A DNA stretch of 64,000 nt, from positions 2,125,537 to 2,189,536 of the forward strand of contig JACKID010000001.1 of NCBI GenBank assembly GCA_020638675.1, read 5' to 3'. Below the pieces are notes generated by a model. That model did not search any database and was not told where the DNA came from. It saw nothing but the letters and a program-made list of their open reading frames with translations. The position numbers were made by a program, and so were the translations under genes. Position 1 is the stretch's first letter. Every line of letters begins with the position of its first letter. Below, one piece after another: positions 8,135-17,419 of the stretch. The stretch comes from Planctomycetota bacterium (GTDB lineage: Bacteria > Planctomycetota > UBA8742 > UBA2392).

Positions 8135-11100
8135 TCACGCCCGCTCGCGGCGGCGTGCAACCAACACAATCGACATCAGGGCAATCAGCGTAGCAAGCAA
8201 CCAGGACGAATCGGCGCCCGTGCTGCAGCCACCCTTGTCCTTGCCGCCCCCGCCACCGGAGCTTGATCCCCCACTACCACCTCCCCCCACCGGCGCGCTG
8301 CCCGTGGCGTTGACGGTAATCGTCACGGTATCGCTGTTGCTGTTGCCGTTGCCGTCATCAACGACCAGCTGGAACACCAGCACGTCGTCGACACTGGGCG
8401 CGGTAAACGTCGGCTGCGATGTGTTTGCACCAGACATCGTTGCCGAGTTGCTGCCGCCGATCTGCGTCCAGGTGTAGGTGAGCGTGTCGTTCTCCGGATC
8501 GCTGCTTTGCGTGCCGTCCAGTTGCGTAACCGCAGCCCAGGCCGCGTATGCGTCGGGGCCGGCGGAAGCCGTTGGCGGGTTGTTCGCAGCAGAATCCAGC
8601 ACCGTCACAACGACAGTGTCGGTGTCACTGCCGCCGTTGCCGTCATCCACCGTGAGCTGGAAGGTGATCTGCAACGATGAGCTGACTTGCGGTGCCGTGA
8701 ACGTCGCATTTGCCGACGTGGCGTTGCCGATCGTGACCCAGCTTGAGCCTACTTCAACCCAGGCGTAGCTAAGGGGGTCGCCGTCCGGATCTGTACTTCC
8801 CGTACCGTTCAGGTTGCCTGTGTTTCCCTCGGTAACGCTGAAGTTCACGCCGGCGTTGGCCGTCGGCGGGTTGTTCGGCGCAGGAACATCGTTCACGGTG
8901 ATGTTGACGCTGTCGGTATCCTGGTGTCCGTGGCCGTCGTCGACCGTCAACTGGACGACCACTACCTGGGTGCTCGACACCTGCGGCGCCGCGAACGTTG
9001 GCGTGGCCGTGTTCGAGTTCTGGATCGTGATTGTCGGGCCGCTGATGCGGACCCACTGGTAGGTAAGCGTGTCGCCGTCCGGGTCGGTGCTGCCGCCGCC
9101 GTTGAGGTTGACAGTCACGCCTTCGTTAACGGTCTGATTGCTGCCGGCGTTGGCCGTCGGCGGCTGGTTGATCGGCGGGTTGACTGTGTCGTAGTCGATC
9201 TCAATCGCGAGCCATTCCAGTGTGCCCGTGTTACCGCTTGAGGTGTCTGTGACCTGCACGGTCCAGGTACCGTTCGCTGCGAGCCCGATGAATGCGGCCG
9301 TATCGTCGTCGTATTGGCGCGTGTCTGGATACACACCGATAATGTCGTCACGGGTACTCGTGTCGCTGCCCTCGATTTGTGCCGTCGTGCCGCTGTGCGA
9401 CAGATAGATGTCGATGTTGCCGCGCTGCGTGTGGCGGATGTCCACGTATACACGCACGTTCTTCACGGCATTCGTGTTGCTCACCGTAAATGTACGTGTG
9501 ATGCCTGTGGTGCTGTTGTCAGGGATGCTGACCGGCGTGCCGCCGTTGAGCGAGTCCTCAAACATCTCGCGGGCGGTGCTCATTACGTTCTCGCTGACGA
9601 TCACAAAACCGGTCGCGTCGTTGAGGACGGTGTTCTGCGGGTTGGCGGGAATGCTGGCGCCCTTCACGCGGACCTTCCAGGTGCCGGTCGTTGGGTTGTC
9701 TACCTCGGCGAGTTCAATGTTATCGCGCTGGTTGCTGCCGTTGCGTGTCCACTGGTAGGTCTGGTTTCCAGCACCGCCCGAGCTGAGCCCGGACCAAGGG
9801 TAATGAATAGTCGTGCCGTTCGGCTCGACCAGTTCCAGGTCGATGTTGTTGATCAGCTTGTTGCCGGCGCCGGTGCTGGCATAGATGTCCAGCCACGAGC
9901 AGACAACCTTCAGCGGCGTGGAACTGCTGGTCACGGAAAGGTTGTACTCAACCACGTCGCCCTGGCGAATCGTGCCGCGAATGATGTGGTTTCCACCACC
10001 TGCACTGTTGGCGAGGATCAGGTCGGCCGCACGCTGGCAGTCGACAACCCCGAAACCGTAGCGGTAGTCCGGCCCCTGGTTGTATTGGTCCATTGCGGTG
10101 GCGGCGAGAATGCCGCGCACTACATCTGGTGCGAACTGGCGGTCGTTCATCTCGCGATACCAGAGCTGCGACAGAAGGGTGATCGAGCCGCACACGCTCG
10201 GACTCGACATGCTGGTGCCGGACCAGCCCGACGGGCCAAGATAGGCCGTGTCGCTTGCTGGACCGGTACTGAGCAGGTTTACGCCGTTGGCCGCAAAGTG
10301 CGGGATCATGCGCCCGTCGTCCGTCGGCCCGCGCGAGCTGAAGCTTGCGATTCCCCCACCGTCGTCAGTGGCGGCGATGACGAGCGCGTTCTTGATGCAA
10401 CTGTCGTCGGTGCAGCTGTTGTCGCCGGCGCCGTCATTGCCGGCCGACTTGCACATGTTCAGCCAGATGTCGCGAATGTCGATGTCCGACGACTGGGCCG
10501 AACCGTCATAGCCGCCGTACCCCCCGCCGCCGCTACCATAGGAATGATTGTCGGCGGAGTGCCGATAGTTGTGGCGGGCGAGGCGGCGCTCGGCATCCAT
10601 CGAGTTCCAATCATAGCTGAGAACGCAAGCCTGCGGCGCGTACCCGCGCGCGCCCGCGTTGCCCGTGCCGTCTCCGGCGATCGTGCCGGTCACGTGGGTC
10701 GAGTGGTCCGCCAGACTCGTACCGTCCACCTTGAGAATGCGCTTGGTTCCGTTGTTGATCGGACTGGGCGAGGGTGCATTCTGGAAATCCACGTGTGTGT
10801 CTCGGGCACGGCCTGCATCCCAAACGGCTGACACAACACCGGTGCCGTCTAGATTGTAGCTGGTGCTCGGGCCGATCTGGCTGGGGAGCGCATTCGAGAG
10901 TGCGACGCTGTCCACGTTGTGCGCAGTCAGCGTCTGGCGTACTTCCACCCACTCGACCAGCGGGCTGTTCACGAAAGCAACGAGCGCCTGGCGGGTCAGG
11001 AAAGCATCAACGAATGGGGTCTCGAAGTCCAGGTGCCCCTGACTGTCGAGCGTGGCGTAGTCCACGGGCGCCTGGTTCTCGGCAAGCAGACCCTCGGCCG

Positions 11101-11686
11101 CCGCGGACGTTACGTCCCTGAAAAACAGAATGCGATAAACCTTGCCTTCCACCGCGGGGTCGTTGTAGTCCGCCCAGGCCTCGGCGCTGCAAGCGTCCAT
11201 TGGCTCACGTAGCAGCGTGCCCTCAACACTTGGGGCGTCGCGCAGAAGTGCGCCAATCCGTTGCAGTGCGGCGGCATCGAGCGCGCGAATGAAGTGGGCG
11301 TGCGGATAGGCGTAGCCGACAAATGATGCACCGGCCGCAGACAATTGGTTCGCGAAGCCCCGACCCAGCGGGCCGCTGAACTTGACGTAAAACGGTTTTG
11401 TCGGCTCGGACGTCGGCAGCGGGCAATCGGAATCTGCAATTGCGTATCTGGGCTTCAGGCTAATGAGTTTGGCCCGCTCGTCGGAAGAAAGCTGTTGTTC
11501 GAATCGGTACTGGGCGTCCAGGTCGTACGGCGCTCCCAGCTCCAGGCTTGAGGTAAATCGCTGACGTTCCCCACGTTCGTTTACCTCTTTGGCGTCCTGG
11601 CTGTGTACCGCGGTTGAAAGTGTCGCCCAGACACACCCCACCATGGTCAACAGGGCCAGCATCGCCAATGCGGGTTTGGGCCGCAT
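8135..11686 (-). CDS. S8 subtilisin-like serine protease with P-domain, three PKD/K319L-like repeats and a MYXO-CTERM-like tail (paralogue 2)
   Basis: VWDAG, DHSTHVTGTI, SAGND, SGTSMSSP; P-domain; three NxPPTAxAG repeats; KGGCSTGADSS-TM-RRRERA. Start ATG 11686 after GGGAGG. Confidence 0.92.
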   Translation of the reverse strand: MRPKPALAMLALLTMVGCVWATLSTAVHSQDAKEVNERGERQRFTSSLELGAPYDLDAQYRFEQQLSSDERAKLISLKPRYAIADSDCPLPTSEPTKPFYVKFSGPLGRGFANQLSAAGASFVGYAYPHAHFIRALDAAALQRIGALLRDAPSVEGTLLREPMDACSAEAWADYNDPAVEGKVYRILFFRDVTSAAAEGLLAENQAPVDYATLDSQGHLDFETPFVDAFLTRQALVAFVNSPLVEWVEVRQTLTAHNVDSVALSNALPSQIGPSTSYNLDGTGVVSAVWDAGRARDTHVDFQNAPSPSPINNGTKRILKVDGTSLADHSTHVTGTIAGDGTGNAGARGYAPQACVLSYDWNSMDAERRLARHNYRHSADNHSYGSGGGGYGGYDGSAQSSDIDIRDIWLNMCKSAGNDGAGDNSCTDDSCIKNALVIAATDDGGGIASFSSRGPTDDGRMIPHFAANGVNLLSTGPASDTAYLGPSGWSGTSMSSPSVCGSITLLSQLWYREMNDRQFAPDVVRGILAATAMDQYNQGPDYRYGFGVVDCQRAADLILANSAGGGNHIIRGTIRQGDVVEYNLSVTSSSTPLKVVCSWLDIYASTGAGNKLINNIDLELVEPNGTTIHYPWSGLSSGGAGNQTYQWTRNGSNQRDNIELAEVDNPTTGTWKVRVKGASIPANPQNTVLNDATGFVIVSENVMSTAREMFEDSLNGGTPVSIPDNSTTGITRTFTVSNTNAVKNVRVYVDIRHTQRGNIDIYLSHSGTTAQIEGSDTSTRDDIIGVYPDTRQYDDDTAAFIGLAANGTWTVQVTDTSSGNTGTLEWLAIEIDYDTVNPPINQPPTANAGSNQTVNEGVTVNLNGGGSTDPDGDTLTYQWVRISGPTITIQNSNTATPTFAAPQVSSTQVVVVQLTVDDGHGHQDTDSVNITVNDVPAPNNPPTANAGVNFSVTEGNTGNLNGTGSTDPDGDPLSYAWVEVGSSWVTIGNATSANATFTAPQVSSSLQITFQLTVDDGNGGSDTDTVVVTVLDSAANNPPTASAGPDAYAAWAAVTQLDGTQSSDPENDTLTYTWTQIGGSNSATMSGANTSQPTFTAPSVDDVLVFQLVVDDGNGNSNSDTVTITVNATGSAPVGGGGSGGSSSGGGGGKDKGGCSTGADSSWLLATLIALMSIVLVARRRERA

Positions 11687-11897
11687 TGATGCCTCCCTTC
11701 TCGTCCGAAATATCAAAGAACACACACCTAGGTGAGTCGCCCAGATCTCGCCTTGATTACACGAACGGGTGAGTATTTTTCAGGTTCAAACTGTTTCTAA
11801 GTATGTGCGAGCGTTGCGACTTGCGGCACGCCCGCCCGCAAAGCCCCAATTGGTCAACACCTGTACGCAATTGGGCCGTCGGGGTACCTTGGAAGGC

Positions 11898-13382
11898 ATG
11901 ATCCTGAACACAGAGCTGGCAAGCACGCAACAAGAGATCCTGAAGCACGCAAAGGACTTCGGGCTGGATTTCTTCGACGTGCATTTCGAGATGCTGGACC
12001 ACGAGGCGCTCAACGAAGTGGCGGCCTACGGGGGCTTCCCCACCCGCTACCCCCACTGGCGCTTCGGGATGCAGTACGAGGAGCTCATCAAGAGCTACAC
12101 CTACGGCATCAGCAAGATCTACGAGCTGGTCATCAACAACGACCCGGTCATTGCCTACCTGATGGACAGCAATGACTTCGTCTCCCAGAAGCTGGTAATG
12201 GCCCACGTCTATGGCCACGCCGACTTCTTCAAGAACAACGCCTTCTTCAGCAAGACCAACCGCAAGATGGTCGACCAGATGGCCAACCACGCGGCCCGCG
12301 TGCGCCGCTACATGGACCATTACGGGCGCGACAAGGTTGAGACCTTCATCGACGCCTGCCTGAGCCTTGAGAACCTGATCGACCCGATGCTGCCGTTCAC
12401 CAAGCCCCTGCAAAGGCAGGAAGCGGCCGAGCTTGACGACGAGACCGTGCGCATCGAGGTCACCAAGCTTCAGTCCAAGGACTACATGGACCGCTACATC
12501 AACCCGCCGGAGATCATGGCGGAGAAGCGTGCCGAGCTTGAGAAGAAGGCGCTGGAGCCGCCGAAGTTCCCGCTTGAGCCAGTGAAAGACGTGCTGTGGT
12601 TCCTGATGAATTACGCGCCGTTGCGCAACTGGCAGCGTGACGTGATCGGCATCATCCGCGAAGAGGCCTACTACTTCGCCCCGCAGCGCCAGACGAAGAT
12701 CATGAACGAAGGCTGGGCCAGCTACTGGCACAGCACCATCATGACCACCAAAGCGGCCACGGCGGCCGAAATCGTGGACTTCGCCGACCACCACAGCATG
12801 ACGATGGGCATGCAGCCGGGCGTGATCAACCCGTACAAGCTTGGCATTGAGCTGTTCCGCGATATCGAGTACCGCTGGGACCACGGCATGCACGGGCTGG
12901 AGTGGGAGCGCTGTGACAACAACGCCGAAAAGGAAAACTGGGACACCAACGAGATCGGCGAAGGCCGCAAGAAGATCTTCCAGGTCCGCCGCATTTACAA
13001 CGACCTGACCTTCATCGACGAGTTCATGACGCCGGACTTTTGCAGGCGCGCCAAACTGTTCACTTACGACTACAACCCGGCCAGTGGCCAGTACGAGATC
13101 AGCAGCCGCGCGTTTGAAGAGATCAAGACCAAGCTGAAGACCGCGCTCACAAACGGCGGAGAGCCCTACATTTACGTCGAAGACGGCAATTACGGCAACC
13201 GTGGCGAGCTGCTGATGGCCCACCGCCACGACGGTTTCGACCTGGACGAGAACTATTCGCGCGAGACGCTGAAGAACGTCCGCAAGATCTGGAACCGCCC
13301 GGTCTGGCTCACCACGCAGGAAGAGGGCAAGGAAGTGCTGCTGGGCTACGACGGCAAGGAGTTCAGCCGCGAGGAGTCCTAG
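11898..13382 (+). CDS. spoVR: SpoVR/YcgB family protein
   Basis: AYGGFPTRYPHWRFGM, YELVINNDP, MAHVYGHADFFKNN, TKIMNEGWASYWH, NPYKLG; start placed at ATG 11898. Confidence 0.92.
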   Translation: MILNTELASTQQEILKHAKDFGLDFFDVHFEMLDHEALNEVAAYGGFPTRYPHWRFGMQYEELIKSYTYGISKIYELVINNDPVIAYLMDSNDFVSQKLVMAHVYGHADFFKNNAFFSKTNRKMVDQMANHAARVRRYMDHYGRDKVETFIDACLSLENLIDPMLPFTKPLQRQEAAELDDETVRIEVTKLQSKDYMDRYINPPEIMAEKRAELEKKALEPPKFPLEPVKDVLWFLMNYAPLRNWQRDVIGIIREEAYYFAPQRQTKIMNEGWASYWHSTIMTTKAATAAEIVDFADHHSMTMGMQPGVINPYKLGIELFRDIEYRWDHGMHGLEWERCDNNAEKENWDTNEIGEGRKKIFQVRRIYNDLTFIDEFMTPDFCRRAKLFTYDYNPASGQYEISSRAFEEIKTKLKTALTNGGEPYIYVEDGNYGNRGELLMAHRHDGFDLDENYSRETLKNVRKIWNRPVWLTTQEEGKEVLLGYDGKEFSREES

Positions 13383-13499
13383 GCGCGTGGTCCAATCCGG
13401 GCTGAAATCGTGACAAACTGGTGTGTTGGCGGGGCTTGCACCGTGGACCCCGCCGACTATAGTTGAAGCACCCCCGCCACTCGAACAGACGTTGCCAAC

Positions 13500-14372
13500 A
13501 TGCGTATTAGCGTCCTGTTTTTCGTGCTGGCCGGCGCGTTGGCGCTGGTGGCCGGTTGCAGCAGCGGCCCCGAAGTTCGCGGCGACGGCCCCACGGCCGT
13601 GGGCACCGTGTCCACGCCCACCAAGAGCCGCTGGAGCACCTACCTGCAGGTCATGAGCGACAAGGAACGCACCACGTTCCTGGACATCGCCGACAGCTTC
13701 GAGCGCGAGCAGTGGATCCGCCGCAACGGCATTGACGTGCGTGCGGACCTCGATCGCCGCCTGTCTCGCGGCATCAGTGTCGACGCCGCCAAGCGCCGTA
13801 TCGAAGAGGCACCGGACGAAGTCACCAAGCGCGGCGACAGCACGATGATTTTCTACAGCCGCTACAACACCGAGAGCCGCACCAACTTCTGGCTGCTGTT
13901 CCGTGCCGACCAGCTTGTCAGCTGGAACGCGCACACGATTGCCGAACAGGACCGCGAACGCCACCTGCTGGAGTTCGAAAGCGCGTTGATGGACAAGTTC
14001 GACACCGTGCTCAAGCGCGGCATCGGCATGGCCGAGATCAACCGCAACGCGGACAACGCCCGCGACGACCTGAATCGCGTCGAGCTTCACCACCGCGAGA
14101 AGATCGGCGACCCGGACTTCAAGGGCGCGCGCCAGGTCAGCAGCGACAACTACCTCGCGGCCGAAGACCTGCTCTACGCACGTTCGCGCAACGAGTTGTT
14201 CGAGTGGTTCCAGGGGCGCGAACCGGACCACATCATCATCCACCGCCCGTTCGAGACGCACCAGTACTTCATGACCTACACAGATCTCGACGGTACGCTG
14301 ACGGTCGTCACGGCGGAATTCATCTTCGAGAACGGGTTGCTGCAGGACTGGTTCGTCTATCACGAACGCTAG
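13500..14372 (+). CDS. Hypothetical lipoprotein
   Basis: Lipobox LVAGC after a hydrophobic leader; 290 aa with GC-rich codon bias. Confidence 0.75.
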   Translation: MRISVLFFVLAGALALVAGCSSGPEVRGDGPTAVGTVSTPTKSRWSTYLQVMSDKERTTFLDIADSFEREQWIRRNGIDVRADLDRRLSRGISVDAAKRRIEEAPDEVTKRGDSTMIFYSRYNTESRTNFWLLFRADQLVSWNAHTIAEQDRERHLLEFESALMDKFDTVLKRGIGMAEINRNADNARDDLNRVELHHREKIGDPDFKGARQVSSDNYLAAEDLLYARSRNELFEWFQGREPDHIIIHRPFETHQYFMTYTDLDGTLTVVTAEFIFENGLLQDWFVYHER

Positions 14373-14397
14373 CACCCGGCTTCGATGGCTGCTTTCG

Positions 14398-14424
14398 AGC
14401 CCCCGCGCACTTGCGGGGGCTTTT
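14398..14424 (+). terminator. Rho-independent terminator
   Basis: AGCCCCCGC-GCACTT-GCGGGGGCT followed by TTT, 25 nt after the lipoprotein stop. Confidence 0.75.
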
Positions 14425-14528
14425 GACTTGGCGGAAGGCTCGCCCTGTGCCAATCGTTCACAACATGCCGGGTGTTCAGCTTTGGCCAGAGCAAGCTATA
14501 CAGAATTCGACTCGTGAGACGCTGCTAG

Positions 14529-16544
14529 ATGTCCGAAGGCGACACAGAACCCGACAGTAGAGGCAAGCCGCCCCGCGCGCCCGGCAAGTTTGACGCGGGC
14601 GACTGGGTTTCCGCGCACGCGATACAATCTCTCGGCCGCCTACCCCTGCTTTCAGCCCTGCTTGGCGCCCTCGTCGGCGTAGTCGGCGTAGTCTTCTTCA
14701 CCCTCTCCGAACTCGTCCGCAACCTGCTGTTCGGCAGCCTCGGCGGTCTCACCGAAGAAACAGAAGAAACCCTCGAAGTCACCAGCTGGTATGACCGGCT
14801 GAATCACCTGTTGCCCTCGCCGGACACCTCCAACCCGCAGATATGGATGCTGGCCGTGGTGCCGGCTGTCGGTGGACTGCTGCTCGGGCTCTGGTACTGG
14901 CGCACCAAAGACAAGACGCAGGCGGGTACCGAAGTCGCCGTAAAGGCTTTCCACCAGGATCGTGGACGCTTCCAGAAGGGCAACGTCTGGAAGAAATTCA
15001 TCGCGAGCACGATTACGCTCGGCACAGGTGGCGCTGCCGGACGCGAGGGGCCCATTGCGTTGATGGGCGCCAGCATTGGCAGCAATATCGCGGACTGGCT
15101 CAAGCTGACGCAACGCCAGCGACGCATCCTTCTTGTGGCGGGTCTCGCGGCGGGTATTGGCGGCATGTTCCGTGCCCCCCTCGCGGGCGGGCTGATTGCG
15201 GCCGAAGTGCTTTACAGTGACGCGGAGTTCGAGCCAGACGTGCTCATTCCCGCCACAATCGCAAGCATCATCAGCTACTGCGTGTTCTGCCTCAACTTTG
15301 GCTGGGGCTCGCTCTTCGGCAAGGTCGCGGCGAATTATCAGTTCACCAATCCACTCGAGCTTGTGCCGCTGACTGCTCTCGCGCTCGCACTTGCTGCCAC
15401 GGGATTCGTGTTCGTGAAAATGCAGCACACCATGGAGAACCGGGTAAAGAAGATCCCGCGCGTGATCCGTCCGATGCTGGGTGCCGGAATCGCGGGCGGG
15501 ATCGCCATCGGACTGTACTACCTCAGTGGCCAGTGGTCCGAAGACGGGCTGCCGCAACGCGCTGTGTTCGCCGTTATGGGTGACGGCTATTCAGCGCTAA
15601 AGCTGGCATTGAGCGGCGGTGGAATCTGGTGGGTATTCCTGCTGATCGCGGGCGGCAAGATCCTTGCAAGCTCTCTTACAATCGGCACCGGGGGCGCCGG
15701 CGGCTACTTCGCGCCGTCCATGGTAATCGGGGGCTGTGTCGGCGCCGCGATCGGCATCCTGTTCTACCAGGTGCTGCCGACCGACTTGCTTCCGTCCGGC
15801 ATGATTCCGCACCAACATGAGGAGTTGATGGCCGTGACGGCCGTCTTCGCACTGGTAGGTATGGCCGGGTTCTGGACCGGAGTGGCAAAGGTGCCCGTCA
15901 GCAGCGTGATTATCGTCAGCGAGCTTACAGGCAGCTATCACCTCCTGCTGCCCGCGATGTGGACTTGTGCGATCACCTTCGTGCTGGCACGTCGCTACAA
16001 GCTGTTTCTTACCCAGGTCGCGAACCGCAAGGAAAGCCCGGCGCACGTCGGCGACTTTGCCGTGGACGTGCTGAAGGAAATCAGGGTAGCGGAGATTCTG
16101 CCCGACCTGACCAACTTCGACACGGTCGATGAGAGCACGTCACTTCAGCAGATCCTCGCGATGAAATCGTCACGCCAGCACTATTACCCTGTGGTAGACC
16201 GCGACGGTCGCTTTGCCGGCATCTTCAGCCTGAACGACTTGCGTACCGTGCTCGACGAGACGGAGTTGTGGCAGCTGCTTGTTGCCGCCGACATTGCCCA
16301 CCACAATGTGGTCACCGTCCACCCGAGGGAGACGCTGGGAGACGTTGCGAACAAGTTTGCGGACACCGATTTCGACGAATTCCCGGTTGTCAGCGATGAC
16401 GACGAGCGCAACCTGCTGGGCATCATCAGCAGGCGCCAGTTGAACAACGCCTACATCAAACGGACCATGCACTACGACCAGGTCGCAAAGGCCGAGAACG
16501 CTCGCCCGGCGATGTCAGGCCGACTCGAGAAAGTCAGCAAGTGA
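14529..16544 (+). CDS. ClC-family chloride/proton antiporter with two CBS domains
   Basis: GGAAGREGP, FRAPLAG, GGAGGYFAPSM motifs; soluble C-terminal CBS pair (YYPVVD, FPVVSD). Confidence 0.92.
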   Translation: MSEGDTEPDSRGKPPRAPGKFDAGDWVSAHAIQSLGRLPLLSALLGALVGVVGVVFFTLSELVRNLLFGSLGGLTEETEETLEVTSWYDRLNHLLPSPDTSNPQIWMLAVVPAVGGLLLGLWYWRTKDKTQAGTEVAVKAFHQDRGRFQKGNVWKKFIASTITLGTGGAAGREGPIALMGASIGSNIADWLKLTQRQRRILLVAGLAAGIGGMFRAPLAGGLIAAEVLYSDAEFEPDVLIPATIASIISYCVFCLNFGWGSLFGKVAANYQFTNPLELVPLTALALALAATGFVFVKMQHTMENRVKKIPRVIRPMLGAGIAGGIAIGLYYLSGQWSEDGLPQRAVFAVMGDGYSALKLALSGGGIWWVFLLIAGGKILASSLTIGTGGAGGYFAPSMVIGGCVGAAIGILFYQVLPTDLLPSGMIPHQHEELMAVTAVFALVGMAGFWTGVAKVPVSSVIIVSELTGSYHLLLPAMWTCAITFVLARRYKLFLTQVANRKESPAHVGDFAVDVLKEIRVAEILPDLTNFDTVDESTSLQQILAMKSSRQHYYPVVDRDGRFAGIFSLNDLRTVLDETELWQLLVAADIAHHNVVTVHPRETLGDVANKFADTDFDEFPVVSDDDERNLLGIISRRQLNNAYIKRTMHYDQVAKAENARPAMSGRLEKVSK

Positions 16545-17413
16545 AAGACGTGAACTACTTCGAGGGCACGCCGACCACGAACGTGGGCGAGATTCGCGTT
16601 ACCAGCCTGCTTGACGGCTGGCTGAGTCTGGACGGCGGCGCGATGTACGGGATCGTGCCGAAGGTACTGTGGGAAAAGCACCTGCCCAGCGACGAACAGA
16701 ATCGCGTGAAAATGGCGATGCGCCCGCTGCTGGTTCAGACGCCGACGAATACAGTGGTGGTCGAAAGTGGCATCGGTCAGGCGATACCGCCCGACCTGCA
16801 CGAACGCTATGGCATCCACCGCATCGGCCCGACCCTGGACCAACTGGTCGCGGCGCAGGGTGTAGACCCCGCTACAGTCGACACAGTGGCCTGCACCCAC
16901 CTGCACTGGGACCACTCAGGCGGGCTGTGCAAGTTCGTCGACGGCAGGTACGTCCCAAGCTTTCCGAACGCCACGTATGTCGTGCAGGGCGGTGAGTGGG
17001 ACATCGCAATCGCCCCCACCAACCTGCATAAGGCCAGCTACGCCCCTGAGTCTCTGACGCCGCTGGAAAGTCAGCTGAAAACGGTTAAGGGCAATGGCGA
17101 GATAGTTAAGGGGCTAAGTTTTGACTTTACCGCCGGCCACACGGAAAACCACGCCGTGATCTGGCTCGAAAGCGGCGACGAGTTCGGCGTGTTCTTCGGC
17201 GACCTGGTTCCAACGATCAGTCACGTCCCGCTGGCGTGGATCAGTGCCTACGATATCAACGCCGGCGGCAGTTTCGCCGCTCGCGAAGTGCTGTACCCGA
17301 AAGTACTTGAGCGTAACGCGAAGTGCTTCTTCTACCACGAGCCGGGGTACCCTGTCGGGCAAATGCTTCAGCAACGAAGCAAGTACTCCGCTGAGCCATT
17401 GGTTCAACGATAA
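16541..17413 (+). CDS. Metallo-beta-lactamase fold hydrolase, YtnP-like
   Basis: LDGGAMYGIVPKVLW, THLHWDH, GHT, GDLVPT; GTG start overlaps the ClC stop. Confidence 0.9.
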   Translation: MKDVNYFEGTPTTNVGEIRVTSLLDGWLSLDGGAMYGIVPKVLWEKHLPSDEQNRVKMAMRPLLVQTPTNTVVVESGIGQAIPPDLHERYGIHRIGPTLDQLVAAQGVDPATVDTVACTHLHWDHSGGLCKFVDGRYVPSFPNATYVVQGGEWDIAIAPTNLHKASYAPESLTPLESQLKTVKGNGEIVKGLSFDFTAGHTENHAVIWLESGDEFGVFFGDLVPTISHVPLAWISAYDINAGGSFAAREVLYPKVLERNAKCFFYHEPGYPVGQMLQQRSKYSAEPLVQR

Positions 17414-17419
17414 ACCATG

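Noticed and set aside
9314-10831. 505-aa + strand ORF; similar cases at 21288-22319, 42556-44025 and 50097-51140
   Set aside because: Each lies opposite a well-supported gene (S8 protease, repeat lipoprotein, ppk1, mdh) and has no recognisable domain.
11757-14453. 898-aa ORF on the - strand
   Set aside because: Antisense shadow of spoVR and the lipoprotein. It has no motifs, and long shadow ORFs are expected with GC-rich codon bias.
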